A stretch of 57,853 nt of DNA from Methanosarcinales archaeon (GTDB taxonomy: Archaea; Halobacteriota; Methanosarcinia; Methanosarcinales; Methanogasteraceae), in NCBI GenBank assembly GCA_004211975.1, contig RXIK01000114.1, positions 1 to 57,853 on the forward strand, read 5' to 3'. The translations under genes and the position numbers were made by a program. The notes under the pieces were generated by a model. That model was given only the letters and a program-made list of their open reading frames with translations. It ran no database searches and was not told the origin of the DNA. Shown piece by piece: positions 28,352 through 37,963 of the stretch. The first letter of the stretch is position 1, and the number at the start of each line of letters is the position of its first letter.

Positions 28352-29623
28352 TTGTGGAATGGTGGTACATTGCCTTATACAATCGAACACATACACGCAA
28401 GAGAGATACTGGATTCCCGAGGGAATCCAACTGTAGAGGTTGATCTGGGAACTCCAAGTGGTTTTGGGCGTGCTGGCGTACCGTCCGGCGCATCAACAGG
28501 CACAAACGAGGCGCTTGAACTCAGGGATGGAGACAATACGCGATACCAGGGAAAGGGCGTTCTAAAAGCGATCCAACACGTAAATACTACGCTTCGAACC
28601 GAGATCATTGGTATGGATGTACGGGACCAGCGCCATATTGATCAGGCAATGATCGACCTCGATGGCACACCAAACAAAGCAAAACTTGGCGCGAACGCCA
28701 TACTTGGTGTTTCGATGGCGGCTGCAAAAGCTGCTGCTGATTCTGCAGGACTGCCGCTGTACATATATCTTGGCGGTACCAATGCGCACACGCTGCCGTG
28801 CCCAACCATGAACGTACTAAATGGAGGCGAACACGCAGGAAACGATCTTGCGATCCAGGAGTTCATGGTCCAACCAAGGGGCGCGTCATCGTGCACAGAG
28901 GCAATACGGATCGGTGCGGAGGTTTATCACGAGTTAAAGAAGATCCTGACCGCAAAGTACGGGGCTGTCGCCGGCAACGTTGGTGACGAAGGTGGATACG
29001 CGCCACCGATGAATCACACCAATCAGGCGCTTGATGCGATCGTCTCAGCCATCGAGGAGGCTGGCTACACCACGTCAGAAGTCACACTCGGAGTCGATGC
29101 CGCAGCATCAGAGTTCTTCAAGGGCGGGAAATACCACATCGACGGCACAGAACTCGGCAGCGGAGAGATGGTGGATTACTATGTTGATCTCATAAAGACA
29201 TATCCGATCCTCCTTGTCGAGGATCCTTTCCATGAGGAATCCTTTGATGATTTTGCCACGTTAACTGCGTCAACAGACGTTATCATCATTGGAGACGATC
29301 TGTTTGTGACCAACATCAAGCGGTTGCAGCATGGAATTGATATGGGCGCGGCAAACGCGCTGCTGCTCAAGTTAAACCAGATAGGAACTGTGTCTGAATC
29401 GCTTGATGCTGCAACTCTGGCGCACAGAAACGGATATAAGGTGGTGGTGAGCCATAGGTCTGCTGAGACCTGTGATTCCATGATCGCTGATGTTGCGGTT
29501 GCAGTCGGAGCAGATCTCCTGAAGACCGGTGCGCCTGCCAGGTCAGAACGCACTACCAAGTACAACCAGTTAATTAGGATTGAGGAAGAACTGGATAATA
29601 CGGCGCGATTTGCCCAACTGTGA
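28352..29623 (+). CDS. eno: Enolase
   Basis: IHAREILDSRGNPTVEVDL, SHRSAETCDSMIADVAVA, KTGAPARSERTTKYNQLIRIEEEL. The start uses TTG (28352 or 28370) and is uncertain. Confidence 0.95.
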   Translation: MWNGGTLPYTIEHIHAREILDSRGNPTVEVDLGTPSGFGRAGVPSGASTGTNEALELRDGDNTRYQGKGVLKAIQHVNTTLRTEIIGMDVRDQRHIDQAMIDLDGTPNKAKLGANAILGVSMAAAKAAADSAGLPLYIYLGGTNAHTLPCPTMNVLNGGEHAGNDLAIQEFMVQPRGASSCTEAIRIGAEVYHELKKILTAKYGAVAGNVGDEGGYAPPMNHTNQALDAIVSAIEEAGYTTSEVTLGVDAAASEFFKGGKYHIDGTELGSGEMVDYYVDLIKTYPILLVEDPFHEESFDDFATLTASTDVIIIGDDLFVTNIKRLQHGIDMGAANALLLKLNQIGTVSESLDAATLAHRNGYKVVVSHRSAETCDSMIADVAVAVGADLLKTGAPARSERTTKYNQLIRIEEELDNTARFAQL

Positions 29624-29691
29624 GATAAGCACCCAAAGAAAACATATATATGCCATAAGTTGTAGATTAATGTAACTAGGTGGTGGTGTGT

Positions 29692-30024
29692 ATGAGTTCA
29701 TTTCGATCAAAAATCAAAAGAAGGTTGGAACGATATATCGAGTTGGATCCTGACGGAATCAGGTATACCGTCATGGCAACCATACTTAAAGTCAGAGAAG
29801 TGACCGTAGAATCTCTTTGCGACATGCTCTCAAAGAAATTCAAAGTTACCCACAAAAAAGTCGCTTCAATGGTTGGATATATCCATTCCAAACTTGGAAT
29901 TCTTCATGCGCATAAACAGTCCTACAAGACGCCGATTGTCTATACGCTGCGCGACGAGTATGTTGATCTCGTGAAATCGGTACTAAACCTGAACCAACCG
30001 GAAAACCGCCCGACCACGGCATGA
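29692..30024 (+). CDS. Small winged-helix-like DNA-binding protein (putative)
   Basis: ORF 29680..30024 trimmed to ATG 29692 (aggtggtg upstream). TILKVREVTVESLCDMLSKKFKVTHKKVASMVGYIHSKLGILH resembles an HTH/wHTH. No family assignment. Confidence 0.45.
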   Translation: MSSFRSKIKRRLERYIELDPDGIRYTVMATILKVREVTVESLCDMLSKKFKVTHKKVASMVGYIHSKLGILHAHKQSYKTPIVYTLRDEYVDLVKSVLNLNQPENRPTTA

Positions 30025-30422
30025 CCCTGGTAAAAGATGCTCCACGCACCTCAACCAGCCTGATCGTCCGCTCGGACGCAAACACACGGATCACTGCATC
30101 TCGCGACCCATTCTATGAGCTGATGCGTCGACTGTTTCAGAACGAGAGCAGTGCAATACGCGGTCAAAGATTTGTTATGCGGATTCTTGAGCGCGAGGCA
30201 TCCGGAAATCCAATGCGAACAGAGGAATGGAAACAACTACTGGACGAGTTTGACATCAGCATATCATCGTTCTATGCCATGCGAAACAAACTGCTCGGCG
30301 CGGGAATGATCACCAATAAAAAGGGCGTGTACCGGGTATCAGGTCAGTTTGGCAAGGACCTGGTTGATATGGCAAGGTGGTGGTGGGTCGCGGTGTTAAA
30401 GCGAGATCTGGACAGCCTGTGA
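30021..30422 (+). CDS. Small winged-helix-like protein (putative regulator)
   Basis: ATGA overlap with the upstream ORF. WKQLLDEFDISISSFYAMRNKLLGAGMITNKKGVYRVS looks like a wHTH recognition helix plus wing. Confidence 0.45.
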   Translation: MTLVKDAPRTSTSLIVRSDANTRITASRDPFYELMRRLFQNESSAIRGQRFVMRILEREASGNPMRTEEWKQLLDEFDISISSFYAMRNKLLGAGMITNKKGVYRVSGQFGKDLVDMARWWWVAVLKRDLDSL

Positions 30423-30608
30423 GACGTGTTTGCATGGCACATCCCACAACCCACAGAAAATCCGGCATCACCCCCGGCATCCACAAATCTTTTATAGAAG
30501 TACTATCATTGATTTTTGTCGACTGTTGATATCGTGACATTACAACATCGAGATATGATTGTCGTAGTATCATGGTCGCAGCACAACATAAAAGAGGTAT
30601 AACAAGAA

Positions 30609-32279
30609 ATGGCAGGACAACTTGGAGGACAGCCGATATTCATTTTGCGCGAAGGAAGCGAGAGAACACGCGGAAGGGACGCGCAGAACTCAAACATCAT
30701 GGCTGCAAAAGCCGTAGCCGCTGCGGTACGCACCACGCTTGGACCAAAGGGGATGGACAAAATGATGGTCGATTCGCTTGGCGACATCGTCATCACCAAC
30801 GACGGCGTCACGATCTTAAAAGAGATGGACATTGAGCACCCGGCAGCAAAGATGGTGGTCGAAGTTTCAAAGACCCAGGACGACGAGGTCGGAGACGGCA
30901 CAACAACAGCCGCAGTTCTAACCGGCGAACTGTTGAAAATGTCCGAAGACTTACTTGACAAAGATGTGCACCCAACAATTATTGCAGCAGGGTACAGGCT
31001 TGCATCCATGAAAGCTTCCGAGATACTCGAATCACTCGCAACCGATGTAGATCGCAATGATAACAAAGCTCTCATAAATATCGCAGCCACTGCAATGACC
31101 GGGAAGGGAATCGAAGGAACAAAGGAACACCTTGCCAAACTCTGCGTCGACGCAGTCACATCAATTGCAGAGGAAATTGATGGCGAGATGGTTGTCGATA
31201 TCGAGAATATCAAGGTTGAGAAGAAGGTTGGCGGGTCTGTTGAGGATTCCGAACTGATCACCGGCATGATCATCGACAAGGAACGAGTACATCCAAACAT
31301 GCCAAAGAAGGTTAAAGATGCGAAGATCGCTCTGATCAGCACCGCAATCGAACTGAAGGACACCGAAGTTGACGCCGAAATCTCGATCACATCACCAGAC
31401 CAGCTTCAGCTATTCCTGGATCAAGAAGAGAAAATGCTCCGGAACATGGTCAAGAAAGTGACCGACAGCGGCGCAAACGTCATCTTCTGCCAGAAAGGCA
31501 TCGACGACATGGCACAGCACTTCTTTGCAAAAGCCGGAGTTATGGTTATTCGCAGAGTCAAGAAGAGCGACATCGATAAACTGTCCAGAGCAACCGGAGC
31601 AGGCATCATCACAAACCTGGATGAAATCGAAGACAGTGACATCGGTCACGCAAACGTAGTCGAAGAGAAAAAGATCGGCGGCGGAAGCATGATCTTTGTC
31701 ACCGGATGCGAGAACCCCACAGCAGTATCACTGATGCTGCGCGGCGGAACCGAGCATGTGGTTGACGGACTTGAGCGTGCGCTTGAAGACGCCCTGCGCG
31801 TTGTAGGCGTTACAATCGAAGACGGAAAACTCGTGTCTGGCGGCGGATCGCCAGAGATCGAACTCTCACTGAAGCTGCACGAATACGCAAACAGCCTGAC
31901 AGGAAGGGAACAGCTGGCAGTCAACGCATTCGCAGACTCACTCGAGATCATTCCAAGAACGCTTGCAGAAAACGCTGGACTTGATCCAATCGACAAACTG
32001 GTCGATATGACGAGCAAGCACAAGGACGGCAAGATGCATTACGGACTTGACGTGTACACCGGCGACGTCGTTGACATGTGGGAACGCGGAATCGTGGAGC
32101 CACTCCGGGTCAAAACACAGGCAATCAGCGCTGCTGCGGAAGCCGCAGTCATGATCCTCCGGATCGATGATGTAATCGCATCCCGCGGAGACCCAATGCC
32201 ACCAGGTGGCGGCGGCGGCATGCCACCAGGCATGGATGGCATGGGCGGTATGCCACCAGGCATGGAAGGCATGTACTAA
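30609..32279 (+). CDS. ths: Thermosome (group II chaperonin) subunit
   Basis: [47 protein letters not shown]-terminal GGM-type tail ([24 protein letters not shown]). Confidence 0.95.
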   Translation: MAGQLGGQPIFILREGSERTRGRDAQNSNIMAAKAVAAAVRTTLGPKGMDKMMVDSLGDIVITNDGVTILKEMDIEHPAAKMVVEVSKTQDDEVGDGTTTAAVLTGELLKMSEDLLDKDVHPTIIAAGYRLASMKASEILESLATDVDRNDNKALINIAATAMTGKGIEGTKEHLAKLCVDAVTSIAEEIDGEMVVDIENIKVEKKVGGSVEDSELITGMIIDKERVHPNMPKKVKDAKIALISTAIELKDTEVDAEISITSPDQLQLFLDQEEKMLRNMVKKVTDSGANVIFCQKGIDDMAQHFFAKAGVMVIRRVKKSDIDKLSRATGAGIITNLDEIEDSDIGHANVVEEKKIGGGSMIFVTGCENPTAVSLMLRGGTEHVVDGLERALEDALRVVGVTIEDGKLVSGGGSPEIELSLKLHEYANSLTGREQLAVNAFADSLEIIPRTLAENAGLDPIDKLVDMTSKHKDGKMHYGLDVYTGDVVDMWERGIVEPLRVKTQAISAAAEAAVMILRIDDVIASRGDPMPPGGGGGMPPGMDGMGGMPPGMEGMY

Positions 32280-32416
32280 AAGCTATTAAAACACCCCGAA
32301 GCGCAAAAAACTTTGCGCTTCTTCTTTTCTTTTTTTTGGTGCCCTGGGTGCACTACACAGTTCAGCCACCCCACACACTGTTATTATCAATAAAAACACA
32401 GCAGTACGCCAATTTT

Positions 32417-32664
32417 GAGACTTTTTATTATTTTCTGGTTACCCCGGGGTTGTCTTGTGTAACCACAACTGATAAAATTGAGCGCTATCGATCTGAAAAG
32501 TCATTTATATCGTTAATCTGTGAAATCAAGTGTTAATCTGTGGCTAAAAGTTTTATTTGCCACAGATTAACACTGATTCCACTGATTTCGGAAGTCGTAT
32601 CCTGTCATTTTTTGCAGGATTAGCATCATGTTGTTCAACCGACCAGAACAAAATAAAAAGCCTC
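32417..32664 (+). mobile_element. MITE family A, copy 3 (full length, 248 bp)
   Basis: Imperfect ~23-bp terminal inverted repeats: left gagactttttattattttctggt, and right end ...accagaacaaaataaaaagcctc (reverse complement gaggctttttattttgttctggt). Central perfect 16-bp stem agtgttaatctgtggc 32529-32544 / gccacagattaacact 32559-32574. Confidence 0.85.
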
Positions 32665-32820
32665 CAAATGATTGTTAATTCAAGTCACGATTTATGGGAC
32701 CCTACTGGCGGGCACCAAGCGAAACGCCCCCCGGCACCAGCGTTTTAGTTGGTGCACCAAAATTATGCAAAATCGCCATCACGCCAAATAATTGTTAATT
32801 CAAGCCACGATTTACGGGAC
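32664..32820. repeat. Two 37-bp direct repeats exactly 120 bp apart
   Basis: ccaaatgattgttaattcaagtcacgatttatgggac (32664-32700) versus ccaaataattgttaattcaagccacgatttacgggac (32784-32820), 3 mismatches. The first copy abuts the right end of MITE A copy 3. Confidence 0.7.
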
Positions 32821-32894
32821 ACCACCAAAAAAACGCATGTCCCCAGACCCCACCCGGAGGGCAGTTTTTACTCGATTTTTTGTGAAAAAATCGG

Positions 32895-33902
32895 TTAGCA
32901 GATAGTCACGTCCAGTGCAACATTGGACTGGTGTGGTGAATATGACCGGATGACTCGTTGGTCCAGAATGTGCGCGGTCATGCCGCACGCCTCGGCAGCA
33001 TGTTCAATTATCTCCTGCGCGCCATCAAACAGATCGTCTTCCGATCTGATATCATAGTAGTGGATCGTGCCACCGGGTTTTACAATTGTCAACGCAACAT
33101 CAAGGAACTTGTGCGCCGAATGTGGCAGATTCATGATTATGTGGTCTGCTACATAGTGCAGATCTTTTGAGATGTCTCGCACGTCACCGCAGATAATTTT
33201 CATGTTGTTTACCGTGTTTAACTGTGCGTTACGTCTAAGATACTTGATTGCCACAGGATTCTTATCGATCGCAATCACTTGTCTGGCTGATTTCGCAGTA
33301 AGAATGCTGAAAGGACCGACACCTGCAAACATGTCGACAACAACATCGGTTTCGTGGATCTGGTCTGATATGCGTTTGCGCTCTGTTGCAAGTCTTGGAG
33401 TGAAATAGACGCGCGCAAGATCGATCTCGTATCGGCAGCCATACTCTTTGTGCACGGTCTCGGTATTGGGCTTGCCTGATATCACCCTGAAATCACGGGT
33501 TCGAAACTCTCCCTGCACATCAGTTAGTGCTGCAAGAACGGTTCGCACGTTTTTGTGTAGTAGAATGATCGTATCGGCGATTCGTTTATCATCAGGAGAA
33601 CTGTCGGCATCGATGATCGCAATATCTCCAATCACCTCATAGGATGGTGTGAAACCAAGAATATCATCAAAGGACAGCTTTATTCTGCGTTCGAACACCC
33701 GATGTTGAACTTTGGCGCTTAAGTCTGGGAAGCTGTTCTCTATGCAGGCTTTGTGTCTAACCGGGATGTACAGGTGATCCGCGTCTCTTTGGATCACTGC
33801 ATCTCTCTGTAGTGCGCCAGCCTCAGCCAGTGCGCGGCGCACGCTCTCACCGTTAGATTTGGATACCTGTATGCATCGGAATCGTTCACTTCGGACTGCC
33901 AT
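32895..33902 (-). CDS. trm5: tRNA (guanine37-N1)-methyltransferase Trm5 family (Met-10+ like)
   Basis: SAM motif VVDMFAGVGPFSI, catalytic-region NLP (IIMNLPHSA), 335 aa. Confidence 0.7.
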   Translation of the reverse strand: MAVRSERFRCIQVSKSNGESVRRALAEAGALQRDAVIQRDADHLYIPVRHKACIENSFPDLSAKVQHRVFERRIKLSFDDILGFTPSYEVIGDIAIIDADSSPDDKRIADTIILLHKNVRTVLAALTDVQGEFRTRDFRVISGKPNTETVHKEYGCRYEIDLARVYFTPRLATERKRISDQIHETDVVVDMFAGVGPFSILTAKSARQVIAIDKNPVAIKYLRRNAQLNTVNNMKIICGDVRDISKDLHYVADHIIMNLPHSAHKFLDVALTIVKPGGTIHYYDIRSEDDLFDGAQEIIEHAAEACGMTAHILDQRVIRSYSPHQSNVALDVTIC

Positions 33903-34932
33903 TCAGTTGTCGTGCAAGCAGCACAGAAAGATCAACCACCTCGAAGTTGTAGTCAGTTGACTCATCTTTCTTCAGACAGTTGAAATGCGCCAGACACTTA
34001 GGGCAGGACGTTACCATTGCTGACGCTCCGGTAGCATCAGCTTCGTTCATTCGTGTGACTCGCAGCGCCTTGGTTGCCTCGTTGCAGTTCATCAGCGAAC
34101 TAACACCACAACACCTCGCATTCTCTTTTGAATGCGCCATCTCAACGAGGTCCATGCCTGCACTTGCCAGCGATTCACGCGGGGCATCGTACACGCCGCA
34201 ATGACGTCCGAGACGACATGCATCATGGTATGTCACCGTCGCCGCAGCATCAGATTTCACATCATACTTTGCATCACCCACTAACTCGGATATGTGTTTC
34301 ACATCGACTTTGAGGTCATAGTCCTTCGTAAGCGTCCGGTAACACTCAGCACAGCTCACGACCAGGGTGCTAATCCCACTCTCCTCAATATACCGGGTAT
34401 TATACTCAACCAATCGGTCAAACAGCTCCTTGTTCCCCTGCCACAACTGATCATGGCCGCAGCACTTCATCTGCATAACCATCGGGTCAATTCCTGCATG
34501 TTTCAGTAGTTTCATGCTTGATTCCGCAATCTCTTTGAAATCTACGTCCTCCAAGCCAAAGAATAGATCGTGGAAGTCAAGACACCCGGGGAAATAGCCA
34601 TACGAAGATTTCTCCGCGCCTTGCATGAAGGTTACCTTGCCTGCATCCAGCATTGACATAAGGTCTGAAACGCTTGAGAAAACCCCTTCATGAGGGATAT
34701 CTGCCAGAGTTTTCCCTGTTCGCTCTTCTAACGCAAAATCAGAGAAAGAAACACCTTGTGGACACTGCGACGAACAGAGTTCGCATGTTAGACACTGCCA
34801 GACATCCGGGGTTGGCGCGTCATAGATATTGTTGTTGTATATCGTGTCCCTTGGCGACATTTTTGAGACCATTCGCATCGGACATATTCCGGTGCACAGT
34901 CCACATTGGTAACATTTTTGTATGTTGGACAT
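33886..34932 (-). CDS. Fe-S / CCG-domain oxidoreductase subunit (HdrD / GlpC-like)
   Basis: Two ferredoxin-type Cys clusters (CYQCGLCTGICP, CLTCELCSSQCP) followed by two CCG motifs (KCCGHDQ, RCCGVSS). Overlaps the trm5 start by 17 nt. Confidence 0.65.
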   Translation of the reverse strand: MSNIQKCYQCGLCTGICPMRMVSKMSPRDTIYNNNIYDAPTPDVWQCLTCELCSSQCPQGVSFSDFALEERTGKTLADIPHEGVFSSVSDLMSMLDAGKVTFMQGAEKSSYGYFPGCLDFHDLFFGLEDVDFKEIAESSMKLLKHAGIDPMVMQMKCCGHDQLWQGNKELFDRLVEYNTRYIEESGISTLVVSCAECYRTLTKDYDLKVDVKHISELVGDAKYDVKSDAAATVTYHDACRLGRHCGVYDAPRESLASAGMDLVEMAHSKENARCCGVSSLMNCNEATKALRVTRMNEADATGASAMVTSCPKCLAHFNCLKKDESTDYNFEVVDLSVLLARQLNGSPK

Positions 34933-35123
34933 GAAGCAAACACCTGCCTGTTATATGTTTTAGTGTACCGCTTGGGTACTACTAAAGTGTTTCGATATGT
35001 CGGAGCGCCCGGATTTTCGGGTGTCATCAATGCCATGCTGCAGCAGGATAGCTCAAGTGTTTCAGGGCATTTTTTTATGTGAACATCACCTGAAAAGCCA
35101 TAACAACCATAACGGATTGCGCA

Positions 35124-37064
35124 CTACTTTGTCACGTACCTGGTTTTTAATTCCTTTATTCTCCGGACCGTCTGTTTCCACTGGTGTTCCAGCTCGCCAC
35201 CTGCCTCGCTTTCGGCAGGCTCAGGCAAGCCAGACATATCACCATCATCAGCACCATCATCAGGGAATGCCGGCATCTGATCAGGATCATCGTCAAACGG
35301 ACTGCCTGCCATATCCCCCTGGGCAGAAATATCAGAATCTTCGGGCAGCCCCGGAAAATCTACCGGAGATTCAGGCTCAGATTCAAGTCCGAAAGTCTCA
35401 GTATCCCCCGGATCAGCTGAATCAGACAATTCACCGTCATCCGGAAATCCAGGAAACCCTGAAACATCCACCATCGGTTCAGGCTCTGGTTCAAGCTCGG
35501 TCGTCGGGCTATCAATAAGATCGGCAGAATCCACCCCAGTATCCGGAATATTAGAATCTTCAGTTAGTCCCGGAAAGTCCGCGGGTGCAGGTTCAAGCTC
35601 AGGAGTCCCTCCACCCATCAGATCGGCGGAACCAGACAATCCTCCGTCGTCCGGTAATCCGGGAAACCCAGAACCATCGGCTACAGGTTCTGGTTCAAGC
35701 TCGGTTGTCCGGATATCAGTAGGATCCGCAGAATCCCCTGTGGGGTTGGTGACCTCAGAATCTTCTGGTACGGCATACGATGACACTGGAATTTCGATAA
35801 TCGCATCGATTTTCTGTGTTTCATCTGATGCCTGTTCCGGCTGTGTTTCGGTTGCTTTGACTTCTGCTGGTATATGTGTTGTTTCAGGTTCGGCAACCGA
35901 AGCCACCGCATTCACAGCACCCATGTTCTCGCTCAGGGGGATTGTTTCAGGATCTTCATGTAGCTCCGGAGAATCTGTGAGATGCATGGACTCAGGCTCA
36001 AGAGCCATTTCATCTGTTGGATCGACTGAATCAGACAATCCTCCGTCGTCCGGTAATCCGGGAAACCCAGAACCATCGGCTACAGGTTCTGGTTCAGGCT
36101 CGGTTGTCCGGATATCAGTAGGATCGGCAGAATTCCCTGCGGTGTTGGTGACCTCAGAATCGTCGGGTACTGCATGTAATGGCACGGGAGTTTCGGTAAT
36201 CGTATCGGTTTTCTGTGTTTCATCTGATGCCTGTTTCGGTTGTGTTTCGGTTGCTTTGACTTCTGCTGGTTCAGGTGTTGTTTCAGGTTCGACAACCGAA
36301 GCCACCGAGCCCACATCAAGAGGGATTGTTTCAGGATCTTCATGTAGCCCCGGAGAATCTGTGAGATGCATGGACTCAGGCTCAAGAGTCATTTCATCTG
36401 TTGGATCGGCTGAATCCGACAATCCTCCGTCGTCCGGTAATCCGGGAAACCCAGAACCCTTGGCTACAGGTTCTGGTTCAGGCTCGGTTGTCCGGATATC
36501 CGTAGGATCGGCAGAATCCCCTGTGGGGTTGGTGACCTCAGAATCTTCTGGTACTGCATTTGGTGGCACTGGAGTTTCGGTGATCGTATCGATTTTCTGT
36601 GTTTCATCTGATGCCTGTTTCGGTTGTGTTTCGGTTGCTTTGACTTCTGTTGGTTCAGGTGTTGTTTCAGGTTCGGCAACCGCAGCCACCGCGCCCGCAT
36701 CAAGAGGGATTGTTTCAGGTTCTGCCTCTCCTAATGCTTCATTCACCGTATCAACAACTTCCGCCTCGCAGGCATCATGTTCCGGATCCTGCTTGTTATC
36801 ATGCATTTTTCTTAAAATATCAAGTGCCATCACTGCAACGTCTCTGTTCTCCCGGAATAGCACGTCGTCTTCAAGTATTGTCCGCACGTTTTCAAGTTGG
36901 ACATAGTCTGTAAGTAGAGTAACCGTTTTGAGCACGCCTTTAAGCTCGGCATAGTTTGTGGGAGCGAGAATATCTGTAAGTAGCGTTGTTATGTGTTGAT
37001 CAATATCATTTTCAGTATTATCCTGCATACTACTCCCCGTAGGATAATACGGGCAGAATCCCAT
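35124..37064 (-). CDS. Hyper-acidic, Pro/Glu/Asp/Thr-rich tandem-repeat protein, unknown function
   Basis: 646-aa ORF, the longest in this region and co-oriented with its neighbours. It has a non-repetitive ~115-aa N-domain, 128-aa repeats, and a basic C-terminal helix HQWKQTVRRIKELKTRYVTK. No signal peptide. The likely start is ATG 37028 (MQDNTEND), because 37064 lies 14 nt from the tRNA. Confidence 0.6.
   Translation of the reverse strand: MGFCPYYPTGSSMQDNTENDIDQHITTLLTDILAPTNYAELKGVLKTVTLLTDYVQLENVRTILEDDVLFRENRDVAVMALDILRKMHDNKQDPEHDACEAEVVDTVNEALGEAEPETIPLDAGAVAAVAEPETTPEPTEVKATETQPKQASDETQKIDTITETPVPPNAVPEDSEVTNPTGDSADPTDIRTTEPEPEPVAKGSGFPGLPDDGGLSDSADPTDEMTLEPESMHLTDSPGLHEDPETIPLDVGSVASVVEPETTPEPAEVKATETQPKQASDETQKTDTITETPVPLHAVPDDSEVTNTAGNSADPTDIRTTEPEPEPVADGSGFPGLPDDGGLSDSVDPTDEMALEPESMHLTDSPELHEDPETIPLSENMGAVNAVASVAEPETTHIPAEVKATETQPEQASDETQKIDAIIEIPVSSYAVPEDSEVTNPTGDSADPTDIRTTELEPEPVADGSGFPGLPDDGGLSGSADLMGGGTPELEPAPADFPGLTEDSNIPDTGVDSADLIDSPTTELEPEPEPMVDVSGFPGFPDDGELSDSADPGDTETFGLESEPESPVDFPGLPEDSDISAQGDMAGSPFDDDPDQMPAFPDDGADDGDMSGLPEPAESEAGGELEHQWKQTVRRIKELKTRYVTK
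35625..36716 (-). repeat. Tandem coding repeat, period 384 nt (128 aa), about 2.8 copies
   Basis: Units at aa 117-244, 245-372 and 373-~480 (ETIPLD...EPETTPEP.EVKATETQPKQASDETQK.DTITETPVP...DSEVTN..G.SADPTDIRTTEPEPEPVA.GSGFPGLPDDGGLSDS.DPTDEM.LEPESMHLTDSP.LHEDP). The shorter motif GFPG[LF]PDDG.LS.SAD recurs further toward the C-terminus. Confidence 0.85.
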
Positions 37065-37077
37065 AAATAGTTTTGTA

Positions 37078-37162
37078 TGCGGGGGGTGGGATTCGAACCC
37101 ACGAACTCCTACGAGAATAGGCCCTGAACCTATCGCCTTTGACCTGGCTGGGCAACCCCCGC
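37078..37162 (-). tRNA. tRNA-Leu (anticodon CAG), class II with long variable arm
   Basis: The reverse complement reads GCGGGGG TT GCCC..GGC G ATAGG TTCAGGG CCTAT TCTCGTAGGAGTT CGTGGG TTCGAAT CCCAC CCCCCGC A. It has a 7-bp acceptor stem, a TPsiC loop TTCGAAT, and anticodon loop TT-CAG-GG. Confidence 0.9.
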
Positions 37163-37171
37163 GCCGGGGTT

Positions 37172-37963
37172 TTAGTCAACAATACTTAGGTATTCGTCCA
37201 GTACTTTTGCTTTGTTTTTAACCTCGTCGATAGACCTCATAACAAGTTCGACGATTGACATAGAGCCATCTGACTCAGATGTAAATATAAAAGAGTCCGG
37301 ACGGGTCCCAACAATAATAGCACCTTCGAGTTCACATACCGACTCGCATAACTTGCAGAGCGAGCATGATGGTTCATTGATTACCTTGATCAAATCCCCA
37401 TTTGCTACCAGTACGCCACGGGGACATGTGTCAACACACATATTACAGGCGTCACACTCATCTGTAATCTTAATCTGCGGCACATTCTTGTATCCACAGG
37501 CAATGCCTGCCTGCCACTTTGCATGATCATGCCCAACACCGGGTTTGGCGATCGCTTCAAGCGAGATGCGTTGTCCGTCGGTTAGTTTGATGATTGGCAC
37601 CACCTCAGCCGCCACAACCAATGGATCAGAGGACACCAGCTCAGTAGAATACACAATCTTTGGACCCTCTGCTGATAACGTGAGCGAAACCTGGCATCGC
37701 GGACATCCTTCACCATCACAATCACACTTTGATGGCAGGATATATGAGTCCAGGTCTGTTGTGAGCGGAACCAACCCCATGCGGAGTGCAAGCTGCTCAT
37801 CGAAGAGCACTGAGGTGTTATCATAGATGTTCACATAATCAATTGCAATTGTGGGCACCTCTGCAAGCATACACCGCCTGATGCTGTTCACGAACGCAGG
37901 CATCACGTCAGATACTACAAATTCTGCCTTGCGATCGCCAAGCTCGATGATTTCCACATTCAT
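37172..37963 (-). CDS. rpoD: DNA-directed RNA polymerase subunit D (Rpo3) with ferredoxin-like Fe-S insertion
   Basis: [20 protein letters not shown]...[15 protein letters not shown]. Cys clusters [12 protein letters not shown] and [12 protein letters not shown]. 263 aa. Confidence 0.9.
   Translation of the reverse strand: MNVEIIELGDRKAEFVVSDVMPAFVNSIRRCMLAEVPTIAIDYVNIYDNTSVLFDEQLALRMGLVPLTTDLDSYILPSKCDCDGEGCPRCQVSLTLSAEGPKIVYSTELVSSDPLVVAAEVVPIIKLTDGQRISLEAIAKPGVGHDHAKWQAGIACGYKNVPQIKITDECDACNMCVDTCPRGVLVANGDLIKVINEPSCSLCKLCESVCELEGAIIVGTRPDSFIFTSESDGSMSIVELVMRSIDEVKNKAKVLDEYLSIVD

Noticed and set aside
30506-31390. 294-aa minus-strand ORF
   Set aside because: It is entirely antisense to the thermosome gene, whose identity is unambiguous. 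The product is Ser/Thr/Ile-rich low complexity, typical of a shadow ORF.
32664-32820. Possible mini-CRISPR array (two 37-bp repeats)
   Set aside because: There are only two copies, an 83-bp spacer far above normal spacer length, three mismatches, no cas genes in the window, and one copy abuts a MITE end.
33886-34932. Annotating the CCG-domain protein as the genuine heterodisulfide reductase HdrD
   Set aside because: There is no adjacent hdrE or other hdr genes, and the protein is shorter than the HdrD I recall. The CCG/4Fe-4S architecture is shared by GlpC, LutA, TfrB and SdhC-type subunits, so I kept it generic.
35740-36906. 388-aa plus-strand ORF (Ser/Gly/Val-rich) inside the acidic-repeat region
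   Set aside because: It is fully contained in the longer 646-aa minus-strand ORF, which also has non-repetitive termini and is co-oriented with its neighbours. The repeat keeps several frames open. The strand choice remains the main uncertainty for this locus.
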